DNA of 64,000 bases from Moniliella sp. 'wahieum' (lineage: Eukaryota), in NCBI GenBank assembly GCA_003971905.1, contig RSEE01000066.1, forward strand, positions 248,001-312,000, written 5' to 3'. A program made the translations under genes and the position numbers. Positions 48,648 through 61,957 of the stretch are shown in pieces. The notes beneath the pieces are model-generated. The model did no database searches, was not told the origin of the DNA, and saw nothing but the letters and a program-made list of their open reading frames with translations. Position 1 is the first letter of the stretch, and each line of letters opens with the position of its first letter.

Positions 48648-51060
48648 ATGGCGGTGGTTGCTGCCAGCACCCATCCTCGCCCCGCCCGCCCCGCCCGCCG
48701 CCCAACCACGAGTGGGCGCCGCTCGACTCGCTCCGCCAGCCCCGCAGCCGCTCCCGCTCCCGCGGCCGCCTTCCCGCCGCCGCCGCCGCTCTCGCTGTCG
48801 CTGCCGCTGCCCCGCCTCCGCTCCCGGCTCCCTTGCGCGTCTCCCCCGAGCAAGAGCAATGGCCTAAGCACCCCCCGAGCCAGCAGCAGGACCCCTATGC
48901 ATCCGCTCCATCTGCCTTCCCCCTCCCCCGTCCTACCCCTCCCCCCGAGCGGGAGCAGGTACGGGAGCCAGAGCCAGAGCCGGAGCCAGAACCCGAACCC
49001 GAACCCGAACCAGAACGCGACACAAGCGCCGACATGAGCACCACCCCGCTCGGCCGCAGACGGCTCAAGTCCCAGGCCGCGCGCCTGACGCCCGAGGAAC
49101 GGAATGAGTTTGGCCCGCTGGGCGGCCCGGCGCCCGACGTGAGCGAACGCTATGTTGAGTGGGACGCGCGCCCGCGCAAGCTCTCGCGCCCATTGGATCC
49201 GCGCCTGGCCACCGCCCACGCCCGGGCCGCACCCACGTTGCCCGCGTCGGCTTCGTTGGATCCCAACTTGGCCTCCGCCTTTCCTCAGCCCGACGTCAGC
49301 TTGCCCGCGTCTGCTTCGGCCCCGAGCCAGGTTAGCCCTCCTGTCCTGGAGCCTGTGGCCGCACGCGCGCCGCAGCCGCAGCCGCAGCCCGCTTCGCCGC
49401 CCAAGCCCACCAGCTCCACGGCGCAGCGAGAGCGGGCGCAACCGTACGAGCGCACGCCTCGTCGGTCCCGTGCCAATGGCGTTGCGCCATCCGGTACGAC
49501 GCCTCCCGCCCCCGCCGTTCTCCCGCCTGGCGCAAACGGTACCCGCCTCCTCCAGCGCAGCCCAGCTGCCCTGGCACCTGACCCGTTCCGCGCGTCCAAT
49601 GGCACGCCTGCCCGGTCCGAGCCGGAGTGGGGGCAGGATACGGAGCGGTACGCGGACGAGAACGCGGACGTGGACGGGGACACGAGTGTGTCGCAGATCC
49701 TTGCTTCCAGGCATCGGCCAAGCGCAAACGCTTGGCCCAAGCCGCGCGGAAGAACCTTGATTCGACTGAGCTGCAAGAATTTGGCCCGCTGGGGGGAATC
49801 AGGCCGTCGGGCTCGCAGACTGAGGCTGGGGAGGCAGCCAATGCGCCGCCTGGCCCGGGCCTGGACCCCAGCTGGCCTAGTCAGCGCACCACTAACGTTA
49901 ATGAGATACCTACTGTGGCCCGCCGTGCGCGTCTGGCCCGGGCCAAGGAACTTCTTGCTGCTGCCGCCGCGGCAGGGAGGGGGAGGCGCAGCGCCAATTG
50001 GCCGCATCGAACGATCCCAACTTTGACATGGCCTCGGCCTTGGCCCTGTGCGGGCTGGTGGACAAGTGGGACATTCACGGCAACCCTTACGATCTCAAAG
50101 AGATCCCACTTCGTCCTGCTCACCCGCACACTGAAGCGCCTCCTTCTCCTTCTCCTTCTGCTTCTCCTTATGCTTCTGCCTCTGCTTCTCACCATCATCC
50201 GCCACCTCCATCGTTCCTCCGACTCGGACGCCACCGGCTTCCTCCCCTACCCGGCCCCAAGCGACATACCGTACGTCTTGCCCTGCCCTGCCATGCCCCC
50301 TGCCCTGCCCTGCCCTGCCCTGCCCTGCCCTGCCTGCCCTGCCCTGCCCTGCCCTGCCGCCCTGCCCTGCCCTGCCCTGCCCTGCCCGCCCTGCCCTGCC
50401 CTGCCCTGCCTGCCTGCCCTGCCCTGCCCTGCCCTGCCCTGCCCTGCCCTGCCCTGCCCTGCCCTGCCCTGCCCTGCCCTACCCTACCTCCCGCTGGCGC
50501 CGTGTCCCTGACTCTATCTTTTTCCCATCCAGCCCCCGCCTCGCCCACTGTGCCGTTGACCTTGGCGCCGGCGGCCTCTCCTTCTGCCCCGGCCCCGGCT
50601 CCAGTCCCAGGGCCGCTTTCACTTTCGCATTCGCATTCACCTTCGCTTTCACATTCGCCTTCGCACGCCTACCCGCCCCGCCGTGACGCGCACCCCCCGA
50701 GCAGTCCCGCCTCGAGCCAGACCAGAACAAGAGCAAGAACAGCTACCGCGTTCCTACCATCAGTACCGGGAGCAGCCACCGGCGTCCCACCCCTTCCACC
50801 CACACCAACCCCAGGCAATGTACCAGCCGCTGCAACCGCAAGCGCAACCACAAGCGCCAAGCGCAAGCGCATATGCTGCCGCACCAGTTCGCCCAAAACT
50901 ACTACGCTCCTCCCTCGCCGCAGGGCGTGTACCCCCTGCTCCTGTGCCCGGGGCGATGGACGCAGCGGCGTACGGCGGCCTAATGCCCGGCCGGGACGCG
51001 CCGCGGCCGCCTGCCGATACCGAGCCCGGCGCAGGGTGCTGCAAGTGCGTGGTGATGTGA
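48648..51060 (+). CDS. Pro-rich hypothetical protein ending in a CaaX motif (GCCKCVVM*)
   Basis: Linked plus-strand ORFs; probable intron ~50270-50532 containing the CCCTG array; terminal CCKCVVM-stop; start uncertain. Confidence 0.5.
50281..50480. repeat. (CCCTG)n pentanucleotide microsatellite, ~200 bp
   Basis: Directly visible; lies between a GTACGT donor and a CTGAC...CAG acceptor, so probably intronic. Confidence 0.95.
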
Positions 51061-52464
51061 ACAGGTTAACGGTTAACAGGTGAAGAGGTGAAGAGGTGAG
51101 CGTTGGACCGTGGCGCGCTATGCGCTGTGCGGTGTGCGTTGCGTGGTGTTGCCGCGGATCACGCGCATGGGGCCGAGGGGTGGGTGCCTGTGCGGGAGCG
51201 GAGCGGGAGCGGGGCGGGGTCCGAATGCGCGGGTGTGGCGCATCCGGGTGCCGGCAACGTGGGACGTGTGGGAGGGGGACCGAGACGATGGGGTATGGTA
51301 TATGAGGTTGGTACCCTGGCCGCCCAAACGACCGCGCGAGCTTGGTTTTCTCGGTGCTCTCCCTCCCCTCCCCTTCTCTGCTCTGCTCTGCTCTGCTCTC
51401 CTTCCTTTCCTTTAGTTTTTCTTTAGTTTTTTTTCTTTTTTCTTTGACGTTTTGGTCTTCTTTTCATACCCCCCCCCCCCCCCCTTCACCGCCCTTTGGT
51501 CTGAATTGAATTCCCCGTGTTGAGCCAGTCGCGTTGCCCATCCCGTCCCTCGGACCCCCGCTTGCTCGTCGCGCCCTGCCCAATTCAAGTACGAATCCAC
51601 CCGTCTTGGCTTAGTGGTCTGTTCTGGTGTGGTGTGGGCGGGGGTCGGTCTCGCACGGGCCCGGAAAGCTGAGCTGAGCGGAGCTGAACTGGTCGTGCCA
51701 TGCAGCTGGCGTACGGCTCAGTTGGGAGCTGGTCCCCTTATTGCACCTGTATAGCGACGTACTACCAGACCGCGCCGTCTGCCTGCCGTAGTAGTACGTC
51801 GCTACACCCCCCCGCCTCGTTCAGGTTGAAGTTCAACCGTTCAGCTGATCTGATGAACGATGAACACGTACCGTCCCACGCTAGCCAATCCCCACGGCGC
51901 CTTCCCTTTGCGGTACGGCCTAAGGCTCTCAAGGTTCCCACATTCTCTGCGGCCCAAGTGCCTAGGCTGTAGTGCCTGTTTTTGAGCTGCACCACCGACC
52001 ACAACTCCTAACTGGTCCTGTATAACACTGGCAAACGCTCGAGGAGCTCGTTGGCGCGCTGAACGATCAGTTGATCGTTGAACTGCCTCCCAGCTCTGTC
52101 CTGCATCACCACGTCGCATCTCTTTTATCACGCTGGTTGATCGAGATCCAGCCGATGCTAGCCGCGCCCGACCAAAGCACCCAGGCGGATGATCGGTGAT
52201 CCATCAGATGATGCTCGAAACTTTGATTGGGGAGGTACATGCTCTAGTGCCTACACTTGGGTAGACTTCTCTCCCGTCGCCGAAGCACAGGGGAGCAGAC
52301 AGACTCGAAGAAAAGAAAAAAAGGAAGACGAGGGTGAGAGTGGTCTGGCAATGGAATGGGAGTCGGCCAGTTGGAGAGGCAGAGTAGAGGTGGGGTTAGG
52401 GGGGGGGGGGCAGGGGAAGAACCTAGAATCAAGCCAACCCACCCGGTCGAGATGGTCGAGATGC

Positions 52465-54134
52465 TTAGAAAGAGGTAGCATTGTTGAAGGCCAACAGGTT
52501 GGGGCTGCCCTGGACATCCGTCAGGGTGTTCTTGGTGGCAAACCCGAGCAACGCATCCTTCAGGTCCGTCGGGTGCAGCACCGACACAATCGACGCCTTG
52601 GTCTCGGGCGCCGAGGCGAGCGAACCGAGCATCCACTCGAGCGCAGCAGCGGGCACAGGCGCAGCCTGCAGCAGCGTGGCAGCGTGCTTGCGCAACACCT
52701 GCGTCAAGTCCCGCTGTGCATTGGCCGCCGCCACCGACTCGAGCGTGGGCATCGGGATCGCACCCTTGATCGTGGCAAAGTCGTCCGATCCATAGATCGA
52801 AAGCAGGTAGGCAAGAAGGCCCACCGTGTGGGGCGTGGCCATCGACGTGCCGGACAGGAGCGCAGTCGCGTCCTTGCCCGTGTTCCACGTCGACTTGATG
52901 TTCAAACCAGGCGCAAAAATGTCGACGCAGGCGCCCTTGTTGGAGAAGTAGGCACGCTTGTCACCGACATCAGATGCACCCACCGTAACGGGCAGCTTGG
53001 CACCAGCAGGCGAAGTGTTGCACGCGTCCGCATTCTCATTGCCTGCGGCAACGGCAAAGTGGAGACCAGACGAAACGGCACCGTTGACAGCCGCGTCGAG
53101 GGTGGGCGACTTGCCACCCGCCAGCGACATGTTGGCGACAAAACCCTTGTGCTTCTTGCGCGTGGCCGCGTCCGCTGTAGCAAGCTTGGCCGAGATCTCC
53201 TTGGCATCGTTCACAGCCCAGCACACCCGCCGTCACATCCGACATGGTGCCCGAACCCGAGCTGCTCAGGACCTTGACAGCCACCAAGTCGGCGTTCTTC
53301 GACACACCCGTCGTCTTGCCGCCAATCGTGCGGCACAGTGGGTGCCGTCCGTTGCCGTCCACATCCCCTCACCATAGGGATGGTCTTGCCCCAGCGGGCA
53401 CGCCCCTCAAAGTCATTGTGGTTGATGTAAATGCCAGTGCTGGTGAAACAAGGTCAGTCTCCGGGGCGAACAGCACCGAAAAGGGGGGCATTCAAAAACG
53501 TACTCAATAATGTAGGCAGTCACACCTGCGCCGGCAGCCTCGTCATAGACATACTTGTTGAAGTTGCCAAAGCCCAACTCTTCGCGGTGCGAAATGCGGG
53601 CGAGACCCCAGGGGGCACCCTTCTCAGTCAGGTGCTCGTGCTCCTTGGTGGAAACGAAGGGATGGAAAAGTCATGGAGCCAGGCAGAATGCTCATCCGGG
53701 CGGATCTCCTGCGTCGTGACAATCGAATCGCGCTCGACATACTCCACCTCAGGCTGGGCGCGGATAAAGGCGAGGACATCGTCGGTGAATTGGCCGGCGT
53801 AACCTTGGAGGTGCTCATCCAGGTCGTAGATGTGGCGAATGCCATGCTCCGCGGCAGTGGCCACGCCAAAGCCGCGGTAAGCACTGGCCTCGACCTGCGC
53901 GGCAGCAATGAGCTGCTGGTGGGCGAGGAAGGAGGCGGTGGAGACGCCGTTCTTCAGCTTGATCATGTACTTGCCGGGCAGCTCGCCCAAGTGGTCCTGG
54001 GCGCTGCGGAGGGCAGCGGGGATGACCGAGGCATCCTGCACGTCTGCGCCGGGCACAAAGCGGTTCTGGGGGGCGGGGCGCGCGGAGGCGGCGGCGGCGG
54101 CGAGGGCAAGGCCAAAGGCGGTGGAGAGGCGCAT
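52465..54134 (-). CDS. PRB1: Vacuolar subtilisin-like serine protease (proteinase B-like) with I9 propeptide
   Basis: Signal peptide [19 protein letters not shown]9 propeptide (GYAGQF...VEYVERD), [17 protein letters not shown] region, [22 protein letters not shown]. Confidence 0.92.
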
Positions 54135-55034
54135 CGTGGGTCCAGTCCAGCGGCGGGGGAGGGGGGCGGGAGGACGGAGGCTCGAGCAGGCCGGTGCACG
54201 ACGGCGGCCAACGTCTTTTAAGCGCCCAGCGCCTGGGGCCGCGTGGCGATAAGCGGCCGGTTGCGGCTGCGCACCCCCCGCACGGCGCCAGTGTGGCCGC
54301 TAGGGTTCTGCGTGCTCTCCGTCTGCCGTCCCGCGTCCCGCGTCCCGGCGACCACCGCTCCCCCGCCAGCCGCACGGCAGCAGTGTGTCGCAACCGCATG
54401 ACGCCAGCACATGGCGGGCGCCGCGGCGGCCGCAGCAGCGCGCCAGTGTGGCTGCCTCGGCTGGTCCGTGCACTGGCAGCCACCCAACAGATGCCAATTG
54501 GATGGCGCGTCAACCTCACTTGCGTCGCCTGCTCGCCTTGATCGCACCCCATCCGCACGCCAGTCCCTTGCATGGAAGCCTCGCCTATTCATTGCGCCTT
54601 GTAGGAACGAATCTGCATCCCAGCAACGAAGAGACCCCAGCCCCACCCTTGCTGCCATGCTCATTACATAGAGCAGGCGCCACTCCTCCCCCAAGCGCAA
54701 TCAAGTCGATTTGCTACTCATCTCTTCTCGGTCCCCTTCATCGTTCCAGGCGTGTGTGTTACTGCCATTGCGCAAACTATCCGACGTGCCCAACGCCAAG
54801 GTTAACTCACAAGGACACTGGATGATTACTACTCAATGTGGTTATGCGTTAAGTGGGAGACACAGACAACTTGTCAAAGTACAGTGGGGGGAAGTTTAAT
54901 GCCGTACCACGATGGCGGGCATGCGATCCAATGGGGGCCAATGCATCTCCCAATGGTCATGAGAAAGACGAGGAAGGTTGGCTTGAAATGAGGGACCCCA
55001 ACCCCCGACACTTGACGGCAGAAGGACCGAGGGT

Positions 55035-55476
55035 TTACCGGCCGCCAAATCCGCCGCTTGCGCCGCGCGAGACCGAGTTGCCGCCCAGCTTGCTGTCATT
55101 CGTCGTCGTGTACCCGCCCTTGGTAGCTGTATACAAGCGTCAGACGCGTGCCTCGCAAGACCGCAACAGGGGGAAGAGGGGGAAGAAAACGTACTGGAAG
55201 ACATGAGCGTGCCGCGCTCAAGAATCTGCTCTACCACCTCCACTCCTTTGCACCGGGGAAGGAGTTTTCGAGCTGCATCTTGCTTGCACGGCCCATCATG
55301 CCCTGGGAGCCTTGGAGCGTGACAAACACGTCAAAACGAATCGACCACGTCGGCGAGCGGGACCGACCGGTCTTTCTTCCACGCTTCGTACTCGGGGCCA
55401 TTGACAACGACTTGGAACTCTTCTTGGAGCGGTGTTCAGGCTTGAGGGTGACCTTGAGGTACGAGCGGGGCGCCAT
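55035..55476 (-). CDS. SBDS N-terminal-domain protein, Rtc3-like
   Basis: WKKDRSVPLADVVDSFDVFVTLQGSQGMMGRASKMQLENSF...EQILERG; probable intron from ~55194; Gly-rich tail. Confidence 0.75.
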
Positions 55477-56321
55477 GATGGATGAGGAGGGGCAGTGGGA
55501 AATAGGAGTGGAACCGGATGGGGGCACAGAGGGGTAGGAGAATGCGTTGGTTGCGAGGAGAGGAGTAGATGGGTGTGATGCAGTGGGAAATGGCGAGATT
55601 CTTGCGAGGGTATTTATACAAATACCCCAGAGAACCAGGCAGCTGCCCCTCTTGTACGACTTGAGGGGCTGGGGCACAGGAGCAGTGTGTGTGACCCCGC
55701 ACGGACCATCGACCCACCGCCGTGCGGGGGGAGGGGCTGGGCCTTACTGGTTACCGGTTACCAGGCCTTAGCCATACCAGTTGACCTGACTAGTGGCTGC
55801 TCACGCGCCACGCACTGATGTGCTCCCACACCACGCGTCACACAGCCATGCCCTGCACGTCGGTTGGGTGGGGGTTAGGCACCCCACCAGTCTCCCTGTG
55901 GATTCGCCCCATGCGTCTCATCCATCTCATCCATCCTCATCGTCCGCGTCATCCACCGCCGCCACCGAATTCCGCCGAGCCTGAGCCCATTCTCTGGCCG
56001 CGCCCAATCGGTTGCTTCGGGCGCCCAGCCCACTAGTCGTGCTCGGCAAGCTTCAAGCTTCAAGCTGCAAGTCATCGAGTCATCCACGTCATCCATCGTC
56101 GACATGATCGTCTCACGAGCACCACCTGTCGGGCAGCGTCACGCGAGTCATAATGTTCTCAGGTCCAGCCTCAGGCTCGCCGCAGCCCTCAGAGGCGCCA
56201 AGGTCGCGCCGTGGGTCGAACATTTCATTGACGTCACATCTGCTTACCGCAGTCGCAGCGGTGTGGCTGACCGCCAGACCAGGACGAAAAGGGGCGGATG
56301 GTCCAAATGAGAAGCAAAAAA

Positions 56322-56428
56322 TGAAGGCAGTGGGACTCGAACCCACGAATGTCGCAGTTCCATCCACTCTTAAGCGGAAGCGCTTAATGACTTGAATACG
56401 ATGCCATAGACCACTAGGCTATGCCTCC
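56322..56428 (-). tRNA. tRNA with CAA anticodon (Leu), intron-containing, short variable loop
   Basis: Acceptor GGAGGCA/TGCCTTC-A, D-arm GCC-TAGTGGTCTAT-GGC, anticodon arm TCGTA-TT-CAA-G[33-nt intron]C-TGCGA, T-arm GTGGG-TTCGAGT-CCCAC, T6 terminator. Confidence 0.85.
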
Positions 56429-56649
56429 TGATGGCTGTGCTTCCACAGTTACACACTACATGGAAGCAATGATTATTTTTTGCTATTCATCAAGGCCGTC
56501 CAAGTCTCGCCTGTCGTGCTGTGCGCCGGCATTGCACGGGTCGGATCCACATTTGCTGGGGCAATAACGACGAGCAGCACCGACGGACACGACGGATTTC
56601 TGTCGTTCGTTACCCTTACGCTGCACGAAGGCTTGAACCGACCATCATC

Positions 56650-56879
56650 TGATGAGACCTGGAGTCCTGATGGTCCTCGAGGGTGATGCAATCGCACTAG
56701 TAGTGGTGGTCTAAGCCAACCATCAACGCCTACAGAGGAACATCAAGCAGCGAGTCGCCACCAGGGGATTAAGCTGCGGAACAAGGAAAAAACAGGAGAG
56801 AGAAAACAACGGAACTCCCAGGCCTGAGGAGGAACTGAAGGAAAATTGGCCAAAGCACGAGCCACCCGATGGCTCAACA
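56650..56879. mobile_element. Solo LTR (family 2, copy 2, inverted)
   Basis: Reverse complement of 41049-41283; TGATGAG...CTCAACA termini; near-TSD TCATC/TCGTC. Confidence 0.75.
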
Positions 56880-58053
56880 TCGTCCACGGCACAGGCGTGC
56901 CTGCCGTGACGCGTGACGGAGGATGAACAGCAGCGCACGGTGGAGAGGCGGAACGCCATCCAACAAAAGGGACGCGAGAGCCAAAAGTTGTGCGCTACGC
57001 CTAGACGAGCGAGCTTTGTGCTCCAGGGGTTTGTTGCCAGGTTGCACGCCCGGACCGCAAAAGCAATGCTCGGTCTGCAGCAGGACCAACAGGATGACCT
57101 ATAGCACACGGTCTCTCGCGCGTTGTCCCTGCCCATTCTCGCACCCAACTTAGCGGGACGAAGAAAGGCACGCCTGTGTACAGAATGATGCACTGACAGA
57201 TTAACGCGTTCCTCTGGCGCCCCTCCACTGCAGAAGAGGGATTGATCAGGATGTGAGCCGGTTGGCTGGATGTGCTGGGCATGCCGCCGACACAGCAAAA
57301 CTCGCGTTGTGCCTGCCTGCTCGCCCACCTCTTTCGTCCTCCATCTGAAGCGCTCCTCACCTGTAGGCGAGAAGCGCCGCCTCCGGGGGGAGTGCAGACA
57401 CAGGCAAACAGGCAACCGATGCGTGGCTCGGTCGGTGGGGATTGGGCTTGGACGTTGGACGGTGGATGTTGGACGGATGGCATCGGAGGCGCAGGCAGGG
57501 AGGCAGTGTACCGTGGTGGGGGGCTGCAGCTGGCTGCGCCGCTGCCAGGGCAGCCATGTGCTCCCGTGGAGCGTGGCGGGGCGGACTGGAGCAGGCATGT
57601 AGGCGCGCAGGAGCCGCACGGCGCTGCTGAAGCGCTGAAGGCTGCGGAGCGGAGCGCAGCCACCCGCACTGCCGCCGTGCGGGCCGACGCGGGCTGGGGG
57701 GCCGAGGGCGGGGTAATTAGGTGAATGGCGCGCCGCGGAGTATCGATTAGGTCAGCAGCGCGCTCTGCTGGGGGCCCCGATGGCATGCATGCATCGCGCC
57801 CCCTGGCAGAGCCCACCGGACGCCGAGCGTGAAACCGCAGGCTCAGGCGCAGGCCCAGCCCACGCGGTCCCATGTCACATGTCCCACACCCTCGACCAGC
57901 CATCATGCATCACGCGTCACGCGCCACCGGCTCACACCTCACGCGCGCCTGCGGTGATGTGCGCACGCAAATATTCAAACCCCCAGCCAGCACAATGCCC
58001 CCGCCCGCATCCATCCACGCCAGCACGCCCCCGCCCCACCTGTCCTCCACCCC

Positions 58054-59393
58054 ATGTCCGTCGTCTCCAAGCTCGCTGTGGCCGCCGCCGCGCCTCTCGC
58101 GCTCCTTGCGCTCCTCAGCCCGCGCAGCCAGGCTGCCCGCAAGCACCTCAACACCCTCCTCTACTTCACCTCCATGGGCCTGTGTTCCGTGTACGGCATC
58201 CTGCTCGCGCTCGTCGTCTGGGTCGTGCCCGGCGAGCGCCTCAACATCTCTACTACTCGCCGCGCCATGCACGCCCTCACCTCCCTCCTCACTGGCACCC
58301 ACTGCATCGTCGAAGGGTACGACAACATCCCCGTCAACAGCCCCTGCGTGCTGGTGGGCAACCACCAGAGCACGCTCGACATTCTCTACCTCGGTGCCAT
58401 CTTCCCCAAGCACACCAGCATCATGGCCAAGAAAGAGCTCAAGTGGGTGCCCTTCCTCGGCCAGTGGATGAGCCTGTCCGGCGCAGTCTGGATCGACCGC
58501 AAGAGCCGCAAGGATGCGATCGCCACCTTCTCCCGCATTGGGCAGCAGATGCACCGCGAAAACCTCTCGCTCTGGATTTTCCCCGAGGGCACCCGCAGCA
58601 AGTTGCCCGTGCCAGGCCTGCTGCCATTCAAGATGGGCGCCTTCCACCTTGCCCTCCAGGCCGGTGTGCCGATTGTGCCGGTGGTGTGTGAGAACTACTA
58701 TGCTCTGTACGACAATGGCAAGACGCGCTTTGAGGCTGGCCCGATCCGCATCCGCATCTTGCCGCCCGTGTCGAGCGAACCTTACTCCAAGGACACGGTC
58801 CACGACTTTTCCGACAAGGTGCATGCGCAGATGCTTGCCGAGCTCCACCGCCTGGACGCGGAGCGCGACACGCAAGATCTCGCTGGCGCCATCGAGGTAC
58901 CGGACGGCGCGACGCACCCAGAAAATATGGTGGCCGCCGCCACCGCTGTCACGTCCCATGCCGCACCGCCTTCGCCCCGGGACCACCTGGGTGGGGTGGC
59001 GCGGTGGATGTCGTATGTGGTGGGGTGGGCAAGGGCCCCGACCTGGCCAAGGAGGTGCAGCGGCAGACGGACGAACTTCATAAGAAGGGACTGGGCTATG
59101 GCGAGGCACCGGAAGACTTTGGTCTGCTGAGCTATGCCGACCAACAACAACAACAGCAGCAGCAGCAGCCCCAGGCCGAGTCTACCCAGGTCGACACTGG
59201 TGCGAGCAACGAGGCAACGTTGCGGAAGCCTGCATCGGAGCTCATGAAAGTGGAGTCCTGGTCGATAAGGAGGAGGTGCCTGCCGCCAACTAGGCTGCTC
59301 CTATCTTGGATTTCCTCCCTCCCCCCCCCCCTCCTCCCACCAATCTCAATCGCCATATCCTTGCCCTATCTTTTCACTTTGCCCTCAGCCTGA
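58054..59393 (+). CDS. SLC1: 1-acyl-sn-glycerol-3-phosphate acyltransferase
   Basis: NHQSTLD, AKKELKWVPFLG, WIDR, FPEGTRS, LPFKMGAFHLA; C-terminus frameshifted, end uncertain. Confidence 0.93.
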
Positions 59394-59551
59394 GTTCAGT
59401 GCCCCACCTACTCTCTCACGTCTTTCCCCTGACGCTCCCTCTGTCGTTAAGAAGTGGAAACGAAAAGTTCTAGTCTCTCACGTATACAGGCGGGCCCCGC
59501 CGCGCGACCTGGCTCGCCTTGGCGGCACGTAGCCATGCTTACCTAGTCCTC

Positions 59552-61957
59552 CTAGTCCTCCAACCACCGGTACTCAAACCTGTCCGGCGCGCATGTTAAC
59601 CCACCTGCCCGACGCACATAAACGCATCACGACCCCAAGTAGTAGTAAGGAGGAGGAGGAGGCACACCTGAGTTTGCGAGAGAGGGGGGGACGTACCGAA
59701 ACCCTGCCTTTTGGCGCTGCATCCAACTGCCTTCCCAATCAAAGTAGAGGTAGGTGCCGACCTCGTAATCGTCTGTGATCTCCTGTGGCTCGCTGTGCCG
59801 CTGGAACCAGGTGAGGTACTGGGTGTGGAAGCGCCACGAGTGCCGTTTGAGCTCTTGCGCGGCCAAATACTGGTGGTATGTGCCAGGTTGGTAGTAGAAG
59901 ATAAAAAAGAGCGTGTCCAAGCCCAGGTGGCGATACATGGCCGGTTGCTCCAGTGTCGCCAGCGGGTGGTGGGGGTAGTACGCCGGGGTGGGGGGTAGGG
60001 CGTGGTTGGCTCATAGTACCGCGCGCTCTCGTTGGCCGGTACAATCGACGGCAGCTCGCACGTCCCTCCCGCCGCCTCGTTCGGCTCGTGGCGGGCAAGC
60101 AACGCCGTGTCCACTAGCAGCGCAGTCCCAGGCCCCATGCACACACACACGGGTCATTTCCAGTCAATATCCAATGGCTCCGTCTCGCACTCTCTCTTGG
60201 GGGGGAGAGGACCCGGAGAGACCGAGAGGGTGGGAGAGAGACGTACGGATTGGCTCTGCGTTGGGCGCTGCGGCCAACGACGGGCTCCCTGGCGCGTGGG
60301 GCGGCGCCGACGCCGGAAGCGTATCTGGTTCGGGAGAGACAGGGCAATAGGCGGGGTCAACTGGTCCTCCGCAGGATCCAGTGCGTCGGATGCAGGGGTA
60401 GCTCCGGTCGCTGGGTGAGGGTCCAGCGAGTCGAGCATGGCCCCTGCATCAGTCGACACGGTTGCAGCCGCACAGGACTCCTCTGATGCACCTGGCTCGA
60501 CAGGGGCTGAAAGAGGGGCCACATCTTTTGTTGCAACGGGAGGTGGGTGCTGGGATGGTAAGGAGGTGCTCGTGGAAGCCGAGCTGGCAGAATGGTGGGA
60601 TTGGGGGGAAGCGTTGTCCTGAGAGTTGGAAGAGGGGGATTCTCCCACCTTCACTGCCTCAGTTGGGGAGGATGGGAGCTGCGGTAGTGATGGTGATATG
60701 GTGGTTGTGGGATTATAGCAGCAGCAGCGGCAGCCGCGTATTGAATCGGAGGTTTGGTCGCCGTGCTCACCGTACTCGTCTGCGTGGGGGATGCAGTGGC
60801 TCCTTGGGCGATAGAAGGGACATTGGAAAAGTTAGCCGACGGGACGACAGCGGTGCCGTCCTGCTGCTCATCGTCCTTGGAAGGTGTAAGCCGGGGCAGT
60901 GGCGCCTCTTCCTTTTCGTCATCCTTGTCTTTCAGCTGCTCTTTCCGCTTGCTACCTCGCTTGTCTTTGGCTGCCATGAGGGCCACATCGGCTTTGCTTT
61001 CATCCACTGACTCGCGTTTCTTGGGGGAAGACTTGTGGTGTCCCTCGGGCGGAGGGACGGTGGTGCTGGCATGGGAGGAGGTCATATCGTCTGCATCCTT
61101 GAGACCGAATGCCTCCTCTTCCTCATCCAGGTTGAATGCGTCGTACAGATAATCGTACTGCTGGTGGTCATCTTGGTCCCATTCTGCATTGTTCTCCACA
61201 TAAAAGTCAACGTCGTCTTTGATACTATCCAAGTTTTCCGGCTCGAGGCTGTCGTTCTCAACGATGCGTAGAAGCAATTCCAGGCGGCTAATGTGCCAAT
61301 TGCGCGCACTGTTCTGTGCCTTGAGCGAGGCGATGTGGCCCTCTTTGGAAAGGCTGGTACCCTTGCGCGCCTTTTTGGATGCGGCCAGCTGCTCAATTTT
61401 GGCCTCGGCCGCTTCGACTTGATGGGAGAGCTGATCGACGTGGTGGGAGAGCCAAGAGGTAGCCTCATCTTTAGCCAACTCGGCTGGGTCCTTCTTGGTA
61501 GCGGCGATCAAGCCCTCTTTGGAGAAGGCCTTGATCTTCATTTCTCTCTCTACCGTTTTAAATCGTTCCATCTGCGCCTCTATGATCCGCCGATTCTCCA
61601 GGAGCAGTGTCTTGTCTTTAATGTCGTTGGACTGGAGCCAGGTCTTGATCTGCTCCCGCAAGCGCTGCAGCCTCTTGATGATCGTCTTGAGCTCGCCCTC
61701 CCATTTATCCTTTTGCGATGGATTGACTGCGTTGTACAATTTGTCGTGGACAGTATCAAACTCATCCACCCCCTCCTTGACGCGTTTGAGGGTGCGCTCG
61801 ATGTAACCTGGGGAGGAGGCAGTGTACAGAGATGATCAGAGTCAGCATGTGCCATCGCTCGCGGGGGATGCATATCGGGGCAGATGGCATCAGCTGCGAA
61901 CAGACGAAAGGAGGGGCTGTATGGATAGATACCCTGCAATTTGTTGCGGGCAGCCAT
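59552..61957 (-). CDS. NOT3: CCR4-NOT complex subunit Not3/Not5
   Basis: MAARNKLQ / intron / IERTLKRVKEG...KRLQRLREQIKTW...MERFK...KAFSKEGL; NOT box DTLFFIFYYQPGTYHQYLAAQELKRHSWRFH...FEYRWLED*. Confidence 0.95.

Noticed and set aside
49998..50548. ORFs with PALPC/GQGRA repeats as a Cys-rich protein
   Set aside because: They are translations of the (CCCTG)n microsatellite, which lies between plausible splice signals.
51490..51700. RNase P RNA (CAATTCAGAC on the minus strand) or a tRNA-like A-box
   Set aside because: No matching CR-I/P4 partner sequence or cloverleaf could be found.
56322..56428. Selenocysteine/opal tRNA (TCA register)
   Set aside because: The TCA register gives a mispaired anticodon stem. 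There is no long variable arm or extended acceptor stem, and the CAA register fits the canonical cloverleaf.
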